This document shows positions 39,409 through 51,932 of a stretch of DNA of 64,000 nt, piece after piece. Both the position numbers and the translations under genes were made by a program. The notes beneath the pieces were generated by a model. It made no database searches and was not told where the DNA came from. It saw only the letters and a program-made list of their open reading frames with translations. The stretch comes from Alkalispirochaeta sp. (GTDB taxonomy: Bacteria; Spirochaetota; Spirochaetia; DSM-27196; Alkalispirochaetaceae). The stretch spans positions 32,001-96,000 of the forward strand of contig CBDESZ010000004.1 in assembly GCA_965242725.1 (NCBI GenBank), given 5' to 3'. Within the stretch, counting starts at the first letter, position 1, and the number at the start of each line of letters is the position of its first letter.

Positions 39409-40665
39409 ATGAAACAGGTATTTCGTATGGTCCCTATAGTACTCGTCCTGTGTATCACCGGGTTTGCCTTTGCCGGCGGCAATGCCGAGGAATCCGACAC
39501 AACGACGACGGTTACGCTCATGCACTACATGGGGGAGCAGCAGAAGCAGGACGGACTGCAGGAACTCATCGACGGGTTTACGGCGCTGCATCCGGATGTG
39601 GAGTTTGAGGTCACTTCCGTAGAGATCTCCAATTATCTGACGACGCTGAAGACGATGATCGCCGCCGGAGACATTCCGGATATCATTTTTGGAAAACCCA
39701 AGGAGTATACCGACCTTATTGAAGCGGGCCACCTCGCGGATCTGACGGGAGCGCCTTTTCTGGGCAACCTGGCACCCGGAGCGGTACCGTCGGTATCATA
39801 TGAGGATCGCGTCTACGGTGTTCCCATCGACCTCCAGACGATCATCGTCTATTACAATCGAGATGTCTTTGAGGAATACGGAGTCTCGGAACCGGAGACG
39901 TGGAGCGAATTTGTTGCGCTGATGGATACCTTTGACGCCGGAGGTGTTGCGCCGTTTGCACATCCCTTTAAGGATTCCTGGACGGTATTTGTCGACTACT
40001 TTGCCGATGAATATGTCGTTCGTGAGGAGCATCCCGATTTCTACGTGGACATCGAGTCCGGCGACGCATCGTTTGCCGACTATCCTCACTTCCGGGACGT
40101 TCTGCGCCGATTCCGGACGCGGGTGTCCTACAATGCCGGTGATGATTGGGGAACCGACAATGCGACGGCACAGAATATGCTCGCCACCGGTGACGCCGCC
40201 ATGTATATAAATGGAAGCTGGTCGGTGGGGGACTTCATTAACAACTTCCCCGACGTTCCGATCGGAATATTCTCCATCCCCAGTTACGAGGACCCGGCGA
40301 TGAATCGCCTGCCCATAGGTGTGGATGACTGCTGGATGGCGGCGGCGGGTTCCGACAATCGGGACATTGTGCTGGAGTTCTTTGACTATATCACCAGCCC
40401 GGACGCCGCAGTTGCGTGGATGAGTGCTACCAACACAATCAGTTTCTCGTCCGATACCGGCGGATACGAGTACGACCCGATCTCGCAGCAGATCGTTGAC
40501 GAACTGGAATCCGGGGAGACGACAAACTTTCATGCGCCGGTCCTGTTCTCAAGCGCCCTTGAAGACGTATACCGCAACATGATCGTGGAAGCGGCGGCAA
40601 CGGATACCGCCAGCCTCGATGAAATCATCGCCGAGTTTGACAGCCGTATAGACGAAGTACGGTAA
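39409..40665 (+). CDS. Sugar ABC transporter substrate-binding protein
   Basis: Signal peptide, AGDIPDI, YYNRDVF, PETWSEF. Confidence 0.9.
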   Translation: MKQVFRMVPIVLVLCITGFAFAGGNAEESDTTTTVTLMHYMGEQQKQDGLQELIDGFTALHPDVEFEVTSVEISNYLTTLKTMIAAGDIPDIIFGKPKEYTDLIEAGHLADLTGAPFLGNLAPGAVPSVSYEDRVYGVPIDLQTIIVYYNRDVFEEYGVSEPETWSEFVALMDTFDAGGVAPFAHPFKDSWTVFVDYFADEYVVREEHPDFYVDIESGDASFADYPHFRDVLRRFRTRVSYNAGDDWGTDNATAQNMLATGDAAMYINGSWSVGDFINNFPDVPIGIFSIPSYEDPAMNRLPIGVDDCWMAAAGSDNRDIVLEFFDYITSPDAAVAWMSATNTISFSSDTGGYEYDPISQQIVDELESGETTNFHAPVLFSSALEDVYRNMIVEAAATDTASLDEIIAEFDSRIDEVR

Positions 40666-40679
40666 GCACAACGTTGATT

Positions 40680-40720
40680 CCGGTGCGCCGCGGCAATTGC
40701 GGCGCACCGGTTTGTTTTTT
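40680..40720 (+). terminator. Stem-loop after SBP gene (terminator/stabiliser)
   Basis: CCGGTGCGCCGC-loop-GCGGCGCACCGG followed by TTTGTTTTTT. Confidence 0.75.
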
Positions 40721-40738
40721 GCACGAGGATCGTTATAC

Positions 40739-41588
40739 ATGACCAGACACCATCGACGGGGGTCCATCTATTTTCTTATCCCCGCGTTGTTGATATTCAT
40801 TTTTGTCGTCGTCGTCCCCTTTGCCCGGGGATTTATTATTTCCCTCACCGACTGGGACGGTATCTCCCCGGTGATGGAGCGGGTAGGGCTGGACAATTAC
40901 CGGCGGATTTTTTCAACAGACGCGTTCTTGGAACCCTTTATGAACTCCGTGGGTTTTACCACAATCACCCTCATTCTGGACAATGTGCTCGGCCTGACAC
41001 TTGCAATGCTCATATCCGGCAGGGGCATGCGTGCCGGTGTACTGCGGGTGGCGTTCTTTCTTCCATTCATCATCAGTCTGGTCGTCGCGTCATATATGTG
41101 GACCTATCTGTACAGTTCCGTCCTCTATCCGGTTTTCGGACTGCAGAACCCTCTGGGTCAGCCGGAAACGGCAAACCTCGGGGTCGCCCTGATGAGTGTA
41201 TGGCGCAAACACCGGATATTGCATGCTCATCTATGTGGCCGGTCTCAAATCGATTCCCGGTTCCCTCTATGAGGCGGCGGAGGTGGAAGGGGCGGGACCG
41301 ATTGCCCGTTTTTTTCGTATCACCGTACCGCTCCTGATTCCCGCCTTCAGCATAAATGTCACCCTCATACTGGCGTGGGGATTGCGGGAGTTTGACACCG
41401 TCATGGTCGCCACCGGAGGAGGGCCGGGACGGGCGTCCATGAGTATGGCCTTCTACGTGTACAAGACCACCTTTGTGTGGGGAAAGGCGGGATATGGTCA
41501 GGCGGTTGCGGTCGTGATGATGGCCTTTATCGTCGTTGTATCGGCGATCGTCGCACGAACGCTGCGCTCCCGGGAGGTGGAACTGTGA
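40739..41588 (+). CDS. Sugar ABC permease (one-base frameshift near 41207)
   Basis: SLTDWDG, then EAA motif LYEAAEVEGAG in the next frame. Confidence 0.85.
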
Positions 41589-42427
41589 AATCATCCCGTT
41601 CGGCACAGATGGTACAACGGGGGATTGGAGCGGTTCTGCTTCTGATCCTGTTCATCGTGTTTCTGTCGCCCTTTTACGTCCAGTTTGTGTACGCCTTCAA
41701 GACGCGGGCGGAGGTTGCCGAGACGGGTCTCGCGCCGCCCACCCACCTGAATCTGGTGAACTTCCGCAACGCCTTTGACGGGACCAGCTTGATACCCGCC
41801 TTTTACCGGACCGCGATTGTGACGATCGCCGTCGTTGTCATCCTGCAGGTCGCCGGCGCAATGGCTGCATGGGCGATCGCGCGGAATCGCAAACGGTGGA
41901 CATATCAGCTCCTGTACTATGCGTTTCTTTCGGCGATTATTCTGCCTTTTCAGGTGGTCATGCTCCCGCTCTATGTGCAGTTCCGGACCTTCGGCCTGCT
42001 CAATACCCTGCCGGGACTCATCCTTGGTATTTCCGGTTTTCAGATCGCCTATAATGTCTTTCTCATGACGGGGTTTATTGCGACGGTTCCGCTGGAACTT
42101 GAGGAGTCGGCGCTGATTGACGGCGCCGGACTGTCCCGGATGTTCTGGTCCGTCGTCTATCCGCTGCTGAAGCCCATCACCCTCACGATGCTGGTGCTGA
42201 ACTTTCTCAGTGCCTGGAACGACTTTATGGTTGCCGTGGTGATCGGATTCAAAGAGGATGTACGGACGCTCCAATATGCGTTGTACATGTTCTTCGGTCA
42301 GTACTCGGCACAGATCCATGAAGCCTTTGCGGCATTTATTGTCGCCGTCGCACCGGTGGTGGTTCTCTATCTCCTCCTTCAGCGGTATATCGTCTCCGGT
42401 CTCACCTCGGGAGCGCTGAAAGGATGA
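41585..42427 (+). CDS. Sugar ABC permease
   Basis: ELEESALIDGA, AWNDF, GLTSGALKG. Confidence 0.9.
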   Translation: MKSSRSAQMVQRGIGAVLLLILFIVFLSPFYVQFVYAFKTRAEVAETGLAPPTHLNLVNFRNAFDGTSLIPAFYRTAIVTIAVVVILQVAGAMAAWAIARNRKRWTYQLLYYAFLSAIILPFQVVMLPLYVQFRTFGLLNTLPGLILGISGFQIAYNVFLMTGFIATVPLELEESALIDGAGLSRMFWSVVYPLLKPITLTMLVLNFLSAWNDFMVAVVIGFKEDVRTLQYALYMFFGQYSAQIHEAFAAFIVAVAPVVVLYLLLQRYIVSGLTSGALKG

Positions 42428-45337
42428 CGGGTACAATTCCATCCTTTGCACAGGCGCGATGGATCTGGAGCGCCGATCGCCATGACCCCGGGATTGAAGC
42501 ATCCCGGGACCGGTGGGTTCAACTCCGGCGTACAATCGCAATCGACAGCTCCCGGCCGTCGTCGGGACGGTTGATCATCCGGGTAGCCGGCGATACGCGG
42601 TACCGCCTGACGGTGAATGACCGGTGGGTCGGCGACGGCCCGGCGCGTTCCTGGCCGGATGAGCTCTTCTATGACGAGTACGATATAACCGATACCGTGG
42701 CGGGCCGGACGGAGGTGACGGTCTCCCTGCTTGTTCGTTACATATTCCCCGGTACCGGTGCGTCCATTCCCGGAACGCCGGGGTGCGCGGTGGAAGTGGT
42801 CTCCCTGGCGGCGGGAGAAGAGCATATCGTTCTCGTAAGTGATTCATCCTGGGAGGCTTCCGTACATCCCGGATATGGTGAATCAACGACAAAAGCGGCT
42901 AATTCACTTGCCCATGGGGAGGTCTACCGGGCGGATCGTGCGGCACATCCGGCTCTCTGGAAATGGTTGCCCGCCGCGGACACGGGGCCCGCCATCGGGG
43001 ACGAACCGCGGAATTCACGCCGGATCATTCCCCGGGACATTCCGGACCTTTCCGATCGGTGGTTGAATTCTCCCTCCCTGATTCGCTGTCGTCATGTACA
43101 ATCAAACGGGGTATTTCGGTCCGTCGACATGCGTCCACTCATTTTCCCCGGCGAAGGTGATGTCAACAAGCACAAGCGCTTCAGCGGGGTCCTTGAAGTG
43201 GAAATTGCCGCCCCCTCAGGGGGTGACGGAGCGATCGGCCTGACCGTTGATCCCCACGATACCAGGCCGGTGACGCTCATTCTCGATGATCAGCGGTGGA
43301 CCCATGTCAACGGCACCGCATATCCCGTGCATCTCGGGAGTGGAACCAGCCTGTTACAGATTCCGATATCCGGGGAGTTTCACGACCCCGTCTTTCATCT
43401 GCAATTTGTCCTTCCCGCCCGGTCGACGCTCGGCCCCTTCCGGTTCTGGGGACCCTATCGGCGGACGACACACCTTCAGGTCTCCGAGCCGATTCCACCG
43501 GTGGAAGAGGATACGCTCTCCGAGGAGGAGCTTATTGAAACGGTGCGTCTCCGTCGCCGCGCCGGTGAGATCGCGCAGGAGGTTCCGGCGGTCCTCGTAT
43601 CGCCGCACCATGTGGCGTGGGAGCGGCTCTCCGCAACAGGTGCCGTCGCGGGATGCCCCACCGATACGCTTCCGGCGGAGGCGTCGTGGGCCGCCGGAGG
43701 CGGCCATGAGATGGTCTGGGATTTCGGTCGCGAGACGTCGGGATACCTGCTCCTGGATATCGAGGCGCGGGAGGGAACCGTCGTCGATCTCTTCTGTTTC
43801 GAATCGATGCATGACGGCCGGATAGAACACACCTACAGTCTCAATAACACGCTCCGCTACGTTGCCGCCGACGGCAGACAGAGCTATCACGCCTTCATGC
43901 GGCGTGGATTTCGGTATTGTATGGTTGTGTTTCATGAGGGGCCGGACACACCGGACCGTCACGCCCGGTTGCTGGGATTGTCGGTACGGGAGAACCTCTA
44001 TCCCCACGGGGAACCAGCAACGCTGGAGAGCTCGGATGAACGGCTGAACGCAATCTGGGAGATTTCCCGTCGGACCGTCGGGTTGTGCATGGAAGATACC
44101 TACGTTGACTGTCCCGCCTATGAACAGACCTACTGGACCGGGGACGCCCGCAACACCGCGCTCTACTCCTATTATCTCTTCGGGGCGCGGCCGTTATTTC
44201 TCCACGGCGCACGTCTTGCCGCCCGCTCGCTTGACCGGTCTCCCCTCATTGAATCCATGGCGCCGTCGGCGTGGCAGAACGTCATCCCCTCGTGGTCCTT
44301 CCTCCACGTCATAGCCGGTGCGGAATATCTCTTCTACTCAGGTGATGTCGACGGATTCCGCTCCATCTATCAATCCCTCTTGACCAATATGGCCAACGCC
44401 GCCGCCCGGCGTATTCCGACGGCGGATGGTTCACGATTATTCGGAATGTTTGCATGGAACATGGTGGACTGGGCGCCCATGGAGGTGCCCGATTCCGCAA
44501 TTGTCGCCCATCAGAACGCACAGTTTGTGTGGGCCTGCAGAAAACTTGCGGACGCCGCGGAACAGACGGGCAACATCGCCGATGCAAAACGGCTTACCGC
44601 GTGGGCGGACGAAACGGTTGCCGCAATCAATCGGACCTTCTGGGACGACCACGAGAGGGCGTACCGTGACGCGGTATATCGCGACGGCACCCGGGGCACC
44701 CGATTTTCAGTACAGACTCAGCTGTTCTGTTATCTTGCCGGCGTCTGTCCCGGGGACCGGGAGGAGCGGGTGCTGGGAATGATTCACTCGCCTCCGCCGC
44801 GGATGGTGCGGATCGGGAGTCCCTTCGTCCACCATTTCTATTTGGATCTCCTTGACCGAACCTCCCGACACGGGAAACTCATGGACGAGATCAGGACCAT
44901 ATGGGGCAATATGCTCGATCACGACGCAACGACGTGCTGGGAAGGGTGGACCTTCATAGAGGGTGACTACACCCGGAGCCACTGCCACGCGTGGTCTTCC
45001 GCGCCGGCATACTTTCTTCCCACCCTTCTGCTCGGTATTCGACCCAAAGAAAGCGGATTCAGACGGGTGGAGATACGACCTCTGCCGGTCGATACGACAT
45101 GGGCGCGGGGGTTCCATGCCGACACCCCCCCCCCCCCCCCCCCCCCCCCCCCGGGGCGCGCTGACCGTCAGCTGGGAGATAATTGGCGGCCGGATGAACA
45201 TCGACGTAACCCATCCCGGCGATATGGAGGTGGAAGTAACCATTCCTCCGGAATATACGGGAGGATCCGTCGACGTTCATGTCGCGGGGTCCCGTCCAAT
45301 CACCCTGCACAATTCACGCAGGCCGGGAGTTGAATGA
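42424..45337 (+). CDS. GH78 alpha-L-rhamnosidase-like glycoside hydrolase (3' frameshift near 45110)
   Basis: WDFGRE, RRGFRY, YVDCPAYEQTYWTGD, ATTCWE, SHCHAWS. C-terminus PTP-RGALTVSW is in another frame. Confidence 0.85.
45125..45152. repeat. C28 homopolymer
   Basis: Seen directly. Confidence 0.9.
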
Positions 45338-45450
45338 ATCACAAAGACTGTCTTCAACTGTAACGATAATCATGGATGTTTTTCGCAGGAACCGCACAAA
45401 ATGATTTGTTCACTTGCGATGCCGCCGACGCTACAGTACGATTAAATTTG

Positions 45451-47451
45451 ATGTCCCCCCAAGTTGGCCTGCAATCCCGCGCGATTCCTCTCCGTCGGTA
45501 CCTATCCCGGATTGCCATCCTGGTAAGTTTACCGATAATGGTCGTTGCGCTGTATCTCTCGGTCCAACATATTCAGGATCTCAGGCAGTCGGTCCGTCTC
45601 ACCGCGGACGACCTGGCGGAAAACGTCGCGCTGGCGTTGGATGTCCGGTTGAAAGCAATAATCGACGGGCTGAATGTACTTGCAGCATCACCACTGTTGG
45701 AGACCGAAGAAGAGCTTCAATTATTTTACGAGACCGCCCAGGGGTTCCGGGATGTATTTGGCGCACACGTCATATTGGCGGACCTTGATTCAAACATGGT
45801 GTTCAACACCCGCAGTCCATTGGGCGCCGAACTTCCGAAGCTACCCGTTCCCGGCGGGCACGCGGCAGTTCCGGACGTCCTGCGGACCGGTGAACCGTCG
45901 GTTGGCGACATGTTCATGGGACCCATCGCTAAGGAAACGCTGATTGCGGCGGTGGTGCCGGTGACGCGGGCGGGTGAAATTCAGAGGCTGCTCCTGAGCA
46001 TCCCGGAAACGCGGCAATTCCAGAACCTCATCGATAATCTCGCCCTTCCGGACGGCTGGGTATTGGCCATTACGGACAGTAAGGGTGACCTCATCGCCGG
46101 TCGCGGGTCCTTTCCATCGGAGGCGGATTCGGAAGGAAACGACGTTTTCTATCGTCGAAACGATTCTCTCGATCACGCCCTCTGGTCGGTACGATTGGAC
46201 GTACCCTATGCACACACGGCACAGCTTGTCTTTCGTAATACAACGGCGATCGTTCTCATGCTCGTGATCGCCGCCGTCGCAACCTTCTTTGTCGGTCTCA
46301 AATTCAGCGGCCGGCTCTCGTCCCAGGTTCGTTCTCAGTTGATTGACCACAAGACACCGGCTCGTCGGCCCATACTGGAATTCCAGCAAATGGGTCAAAA
46401 GCTTGAAGAAGTTGAGGCACAACGTGATTCGTCACTGCACATGCTTACACTGTTCATTGAGAACGTACCTGCCGCAATTGCGATGCTCGACACGGACTTG
46501 CGCTATGTGACCGTCAGTAACAGATTCTGTTCCGATTTCAGTGTGGAGATAGACAACGTCGCAGGGAAGACTCATCTTGAAACGCTGCCGGGGATCGGCG
46601 AGGCGTGGCGATCCGCCCATGTGCGATGTCTGCAAGGATCGACGGAGCGGGGCGAAGAGGAGCCATACATACGGCCCGACGGTTCACAGGAATGGTTTCG
46701 GTGGGAAATGAGGCCGTGGTATCAGGATGAGGAGACCATCGGTGGCATCCTCTTTTTCGCCGAACGGATAACCCGCCAGGTAGAAGATGAAGCCCGGCTG
46801 AGGCGCTCCCTTGACCACCAGAGGTTATTACTGCAGGAGCTCTCGCACAGGATAAACAACAATCTCCAACGTATCGCGTCGTTTGTCGTTCTATACTCCC
46901 AGTCTCCGCGGGTCTTGAAGTCCTCGGATCTGGCTAATCTACTACTGGTCCGAATCGAGGCAATAGCGTTGGTGCATCGGCAACTCGGAATCGCCAGTGA
47001 CCTATCAAGAGTCGATATAGGCGAGTATCTGGAGGGGTTGTGTCATTTGGCGCTTCGCGGCGCAGGCTCGTCCCCCGAAGCAGTTCAATTAACCCTCGAC
47101 CTCATCCACGAGCGTATTCTCTTTGACGCGGCTTTGCCGCTCGGTTTGGCCGTCCTGGAACTCCTTGAGACGTTGTTGGCGCATGTCGGCAACAACAGCC
47201 CACCGGCAACGCTCGAGGTGCGTCTCGCCAAAAGTGATCCCGGAACACTGGAACTCCGTATCGCGGGAAACGGCCTTTCCGGTCTGAGTATGGACGACCC
47301 GAGCCGACGGGACTCACAGATATTTGTGTACGCGACAGTGAAGGACCAGCTTAAGGGTACCATTGAGCACACGGAATCCGCCGATCAAACAACGACTGTT
47401 TGGGTCATTACGTTTACGGACACTCAATATGCTCAGAGGGTATGGCGATGA
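45451..47451 (+). CDS. Cache/PAS sensor kinase (HisKA_2 type)
   Basis: ELSHRINNNLQ, PAS, two TMs. Start uncertain. Confidence 0.85.
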   Translation: MSPQVGLQSRAIPLRRYLSRIAILVSLPIMVVALYLSVQHIQDLRQSVRLTADDLAENVALALDVRLKAIIDGLNVLAASPLLETEEELQLFYETAQGFRDVFGAHVILADLDSNMVFNTRSPLGAELPKLPVPGGHAAVPDVLRTGEPSVGDMFMGPIAKETLIAAVVPVTRAGEIQRLLLSIPETRQFQNLIDNLALPDGWVLAITDSKGDLIAGRGSFPSEADSEGNDVFYRRNDSLDHALWSVRLDVPYAHTAQLVFRNTTAIVLMLVIAAVATFFVGLKFSGRLSSQVRSQLIDHKTPARRPILEFQQMGQKLEEVEAQRDSSLHMLTLFIENVPAAIAMLDTDLRYVTVSNRFCSDFSVEIDNVAGKTHLETLPGIGEAWRSAHVRCLQGSTERGEEEPYIRPDGSQEWFRWEMRPWYQDEETIGGILFFAERITRQVEDEARLRRSLDHQRLLLQELSHRINNNLQRIASFVVLYSQSPRVLKSSDLANLLLVRIEAIALVHRQLGIASDLSRVDIGEYLEGLCHLALRGAGSSPEAVQLTLDLIHERILFDAALPLGLAVLELLETLLAHVGNNSPPATLEVRLAKSDPGTLELRIAGNGLSGLSMDDPSRRDSQIFVYATVKDQLKGTIEHTESADQTTTVWVITFTDTQYAQRVWR

Positions 47452-47822
47452 GACTTCCCGGGCCAATCATGATCGTTGAAGACGAGAGCCTCATCGCCAT
47501 GGTGTTACAGAGGATGTTGACCGACGACGGCTGGACGATATGTGCCAAAGTCTCAACGGGAGAAGAAGCGGTCGAGTCAGTGAAAACGGCCGATCCCTGC
47601 CTCATCCTGATGGATATACGATTGTCCGGCGCTATGGACGGAATAGAGGCAGCACAACAGATACAAGCCTTCTCCAATGCCTCGATCGTGTTTATGACCG
47701 GCTACAGTGACCCCGCAATGCGGCAGCGGGCGGAGGTATTGAATCCCCTTGGATACCTTATAAAACCCGTTGGTATGCGTGATTTGGAACCATTACTTGA
47801 AGCCTTGCGGTACCGTCAATAG
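47442..47822 (+). CDS. Single-domain response regulator
   Basis: IVEDE, LMDIRL, MTGY, IKPV. Confidence 0.88.
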   Translation: MAMRLPGPIMIVEDESLIAMVLQRMLTDDGWTICAKVSTGEEAVESVKTADPCLILMDIRLSGAMDGIEAAQQIQAFSNASIVFMTGYSDPAMRQRAEVLNPLGYLIKPVGMRDLEPLLEALRYRQ

Positions 47823-48050
47823 TCCTGCCTGTTGCCCCTTGCACAATCGCGATTTCTCTTGCTTTTTCCCAAAACTGAGTTAATACTTCGCTGTATACAG
47901 TCCCAGTAAGGAGCCGAGCAGCTCAGTACCGCATACCCTCATTCGGAATCACCCACCTATTCCGTCAATAGACGACAGACGACGTAATTCCTCCGCCTGT
48001 CCGTTGACCCATTAAAAAACGATAAAAAAATACTTTCTCTGGAGTGCAAA

Positions 48051-50132
48051 ATGCTCAAAAACCTGAAGATGGCGTTAAAGATGACGCTGGGCTTCGGATC
48101 CCTTGTGGTTCTGTTGATAATTGTCGGGGCGTTGGCCGTGACAAATCTTTTACGTATTCAGTCTGATTCTGTCCGACTGCGCGACCAGCATATCGCAGAA
48201 GTAGAAATAGCAAACAATGTCGAACGGAATGTCCGGTCCACGATGTACGCGATGCGCGGGTACGCATACAGTTTTGATGATCGTTTCTGGAATGAAATGG
48301 AAACGAGCTATGGTCTGGTAGAAGAGCATTTGGGGTCGGCCCGGACCCTGGCCGATACATATTCCGAACTGGTCATTCTAAAAGAGAGCGTCCAGCGGGC
48401 TGCACGGGAAGCCGGTGAATATCTGAACCTGGCAAACCAGTCCCATGAACTCATTCAGGATATTGTCGTCAACCGGGACATAAATGCTACAGCCGGCTCG
48501 GATGCGGTTTCACAAATAGAAGCGTTCCTTTCACGTCAGGAAGGAGAAATGCAGACGGAAATTCTGTCAGGCGTCACCGGTGAGGCACTCCTTGAGCGTC
48601 TGCAGAAAATCACACTCGGAAATGATCTGCTCGATGCAATAAATACTGCGCAGTTAAACAATTTCCGCGGACAGTTGCTGACCGATCAGGACTTGTTAAA
48701 CCGTTCGCGGGCAAGCCTCAATGAAGTTCCTTCCCTTCTTCAAGAGTTGCGGAAGATCACACGTGTTCAGGCCGATATTGACCGGCTTGATGTCATAGAA
48801 GACGGTGTAACTCGATACATGCAGGCAGTGGAAACTATTGCTAGAAATTATGTTTCGTTGGCCAATTTGAACGAATCACGGAATATTGCCGGTTCTGAAG
48901 TTCTTACTGCCGCGCAGAGTACCGCCAATGCAGGCGTAGATGCGACCAAGAGGTTGTCAACGGGTGTCGTGGAAGCTGTCCGCGCGGCAGTCATTGCGGT
49001 GTTTATGGGGATCGTGGTTGCCCTGGGTGTTGCAGTGGCCGTAGCGATCGCGATTACGAGAACGATAACGAAAGCGCTCCACCGGGGCGTCGTCTTTGCC
49101 GGTGAAATGAGCAAAGGAAATCTTACGGCAAAACTGGATGTAGACCAGAAAGACGAGATCGGTGACCTGGCAAATTCCCTCAGACAGATGCGGGACAAAC
49201 TGACATCGGTCATCCGGGACGTAACGACTGCGTCGGGAAATGTGGCGTCCGGTAGCGAGGAAATGAGCAGTACGTCGCAGCAACTGTCGGCGGGTGCAAC
49301 AGAGCAAGCCGCATCAGCTGAGGAAGTCTCATCATCCATGGAACAGATGGGGGCAAATATCAGGCAGAACTCCGACAATGCGATGCAGACGGAGAAGATT
49401 GCCCTCATGGCGGCTCAGAATGCAGAAGAGGGTGGTGTGGCTGTGAAACAAACGGTGGAAGCGATGAGGGAAATCTCACAGAAAATCAACATAATCGACG
49501 AGATTGCCCGAAACACCAATCTCCTTGCCCTGAATGCCGCCATTGAGGCGGCCCGCGCGGGAGAACACGGGAAGGGGTTTGCCGTTGTGGCAAGTGAAGT
49601 ACGTAAACTCGCCGAACGGAGTCAGACCGCCGCAGGGGAAATAGCCAGTCTTTCCATCAGCAGTGTGGGAATAGCGGAAAAAGCGGGACAGATGATCACC
49701 GCGATCATTCCTGATATCCGGAAGACTGCCGAGCTGGTCCAGGAAATCAACGCCGCCAGCAAGGAGCAGAGCAGCGGGGCCGATCAGATTAATCAGGCCC
49801 TTATGCAGCTGGACAAAGTCGTGCAGCAAAACGCATCGGCGTCGGAAGAAATGGCAGCGATGTCGGAAGAGTTGAGCGGCCAGGCTGAACAGCTGCAGGC
49901 GACGATGGCGTTTTTCACCGTCGACATGGGGAGTGTGCGCGAGACACGATTGCTGGAAGCGCCCGGCGGATATTCCAAATCCCCGGCCGCGACGGTCGGG
50001 ACCTATCATATACCTACGGATCGCAGCGGCGGAAACGGACGCGTAAAGCGACAGAGAGAGGCGGTTTCGATTTCCCTCGATCATGATTCTCGGAGTTCCG
50101 ACTCCGGCGACGACGAGTTTGAGAATTTCTGA
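48051..50132 (+). CDS. Methyl-accepting chemotaxis protein
   Basis: [36 protein letters not shown]. Confidence 0.95.
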   Translation: MLKNLKMALKMTLGFGSLVVLLIIVGALAVTNLLRIQSDSVRLRDQHIAEVEIANNVERNVRSTMYAMRGYAYSFDDRFWNEMETSYGLVEEHLGSARTLADTYSELVILKESVQRAAREAGEYLNLANQSHELIQDIVVNRDINATAGSDAVSQIEAFLSRQEGEMQTEILSGVTGEALLERLQKITLGNDLLDAINTAQLNNFRGQLLTDQDLLNRSRASLNEVPSLLQELRKITRVQADIDRLDVIEDGVTRYMQAVETIARNYVSLANLNESRNIAGSEVLTAAQSTANAGVDATKRLSTGVVEAVRAAVIAVFMGIVVALGVAVAVAIAITRTITKALHRGVVFAGEMSKGNLTAKLDVDQKDEIGDLANSLRQMRDKLTSVIRDVTTASGNVASGSEEMSSTSQQLSAGATEQAASAEEVSSSMEQMGANIRQNSDNAMQTEKIALMAAQNAEEGGVAVKQTVEAMREISQKINIIDEIARNTNLLALNAAIEAARAGEHGKGFAVVASEVRKLAERSQTAAGEIASLSISSVGIAEKAGQMITAIIPDIRKTAELVQEINAASKEQSSGADQINQALMQLDKVVQQNASASEEMAAMSEELSGQAEQLQATMAFFTVDMGSVRETRLLEAPGGYSKSPAATVGTYHIPTDRSGGNGRVKRQREAVSISLDHDSRSSDSGDDEFENF

Positions 50133-50626
50133 TGGAAACTGCGACATTGACACAAAATCAGTACCTCACGTTTACCCTCGCCGGTGAGCAGTACGCGGTG
50201 GAAGTTATACGGGTCCGGGAGGTATTACCGGACAAGCCGCTCACGGTGGTCCCTCGCATGCCTGATTACATGAAAGGAATAATCAACATACGGGGCAGCG
50301 TTGTACCGGTGGTGGACCTGCGGTCCAGGTTCGACATGGATGAAGGGGTCAAGACCGCCGACACGAGTATCATCGTCATGGATCTTCCGGTGGATTCCAA
50401 GGGAAACAGTATCACCGTGGGATGTCTGGCCGATTCGGTGCAGGAGGTGGTGGAGATATCCCCCGAAGAGGTCCAGCCTCCTCCAACCCTTGGCATGTCC
50501 CTGGACGTACAACATGTAAAAGGAATCGGCAAACGGGGAGACCGGTTTGTCATCCTGCTGGACATCGACGAAGTATTTCGGTCGGCCGATCTTGGCGGCA
50601 TAGAAGAACAGGATTCGACCATATAG
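50132..50626 (+). CDS. cheW: Chemotaxis protein CheW
   Basis: YLTFTL, GIINIRGSVVPVVDLR, DSVQEV. Confidence 0.92.
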   Translation: METATLTQNQYLTFTLAGEQYAVEVIRVREVLPDKPLTVVPRMPDYMKGIINIRGSVVPVVDLRSRFDMDEGVKTADTSIIVMDLPVDSKGNSITVGCLADSVQEVVEISPEEVQPPPTLGMSLDVQHVKGIGKRGDRFVILLDIDEVFRSADLGGIEEQDSTI

Positions 50627-50644
50627 GCAAATCGTTGGCTGGTT

Positions 50645-50673
50645 GACCCGGGGTATCCGTGTTACCCCGGGTC
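50645..50673. terminator. Hairpin downstream of cheW
   Basis: GACCCGGGGTA...TACCCCGGGTC, no clear U tract. Confidence 0.4.
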
Positions 50674-50869
50674 CCGCTCCTCCCGGATAGATTTCCAGAT
50701 CGACCCCACGGAGTGCGCGTATACTTCCTGAGTCGCAGAGATTTGTCGATGAGACCATTGTAAACGGTCATTTCACGGTTGTGTAACCGGAAATGGCGAG
50801 GGAACGGAGGCCACCCGCGATAGAGACGATGCAATTGACCGATATTGGGACGCGTATTACCATCAAACC

Positions 50870-51142
50870 ATGACTGTTACCATTGACCGGCTTGGCCGGA
50901 TCGTTGTGCCAAAGGCAGTACGGGAGCAATACCACCTCATCCCGGGAACGGAGCTGGAGTTGGAACTCGATGTGAGCGGACTCCATTTAAAGCCTGCCCA
51001 TGGTGAACCGACGTTGATCCGGAAAGAGGGGGTGTTGGTACACCACGGAACCGAATCCGTCGATATCGATATCACTTCCTATATCAATGCCGATCGTGAA
51101 CGTCGCGCCGATGGGCTGGTAGGGGAGGAGCCTTCAGAATGA
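50870..51142 (+). CDS. AbrB/MazE-like antitoxin
   Basis: TIDRLGRIVVPKAVRE..LIPG. Confidence 0.85.
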   Translation: MTVTIDRLGRIVVPKAVREQYHLIPGTELELELDVSGLHLKPAHGEPTLIRKEGVLVHHGTESVDIDITSYINADRERRADGLVGEEPSE

Positions 51143-51570
51143 AATCGTTCTTTGATACGTCCGTTCTCATTCCGGCAATGGTGGACCAGTTACGTAATCA
51201 TCCCCGATGTTTTGCCGCATTTCGGGAGTTTACCGGCGAGGGCAACGAGGGATTCTGCTCCACCCACGTTCTTGCGGAATGTTATTCCGTCATGACGGCG
51301 CTCCCGTTGCGTCGCAGAGTCAGTCCCGCCGACGCGGGACACCTCATACGCGACACCGTGGCCGGACGTCTGACGGTTATTCCCCTCGGTACGGAGGATT
51401 ACCTGGAAGCCATTGATCGAGTAAGCGAAAAAGGTCTGGTAAGCGGTATCGTCTATGATGCTCTCCACTACCTGGCGGCTGAAAAAGCCGGGTGCGACCG
51501 TCTCTTCACCTTCAATACGGATCACTTTCAGTATGTACAAAGAGGAACGATCACCATTTCCGCACCGTGA
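51139..51570 (+). CDS. VapC/PIN toxin
   Basis: FFDTSVL, LAEC, YDALH, TFN. Confidence 0.85.
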   Translation: MKSFFDTSVLIPAMVDQLRNHPRCFAAFREFTGEGNEGFCSTHVLAECYSVMTALPLRRRVSPADAGHLIRDTVAGRLTVIPLGTEDYLEAIDRVSEKGLVSGIVYDALHYLAAEKAGCDRLFTFNTDHFQYVQRGTITISAP

Positions 51571-51932
51571 TATGGTGGATGTTCCGTTTCCAAGAGGAGG
51601 ATTCGGCTATTCTTGACGCCCCCCACAACGTGGAGCTGCGTGCAAGGTACGGAACATCCCACGTGTCAGTGCTTTCACTACGACGTGGCGGACGAACGGG
51701 CGAAGAGTTGATTACATGACTCCGCCCGAAATTGAGGTTTGAAGGACCGGTTACACGGAGATACCGGTCGTCTATCCGAAAATATTGAGAAAATTCCACA
51801 CTCTACTGGAATTTATACATTCCTGAGATATAGTTCTTGGTAATTATCCGTAAAAAGTCTCTAAGTCTACTTTTTTAGTCATGTTGAGTCCGGCGCGACG
51901 AAGTCAGGTCTCGACACAGCAAAGGGGATGGT

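Noticed and set aside
47823..48050. c-di-GMP riboswitch upstream of the MCP
   Set aside because: Could not identify the conserved class I or II motifs.
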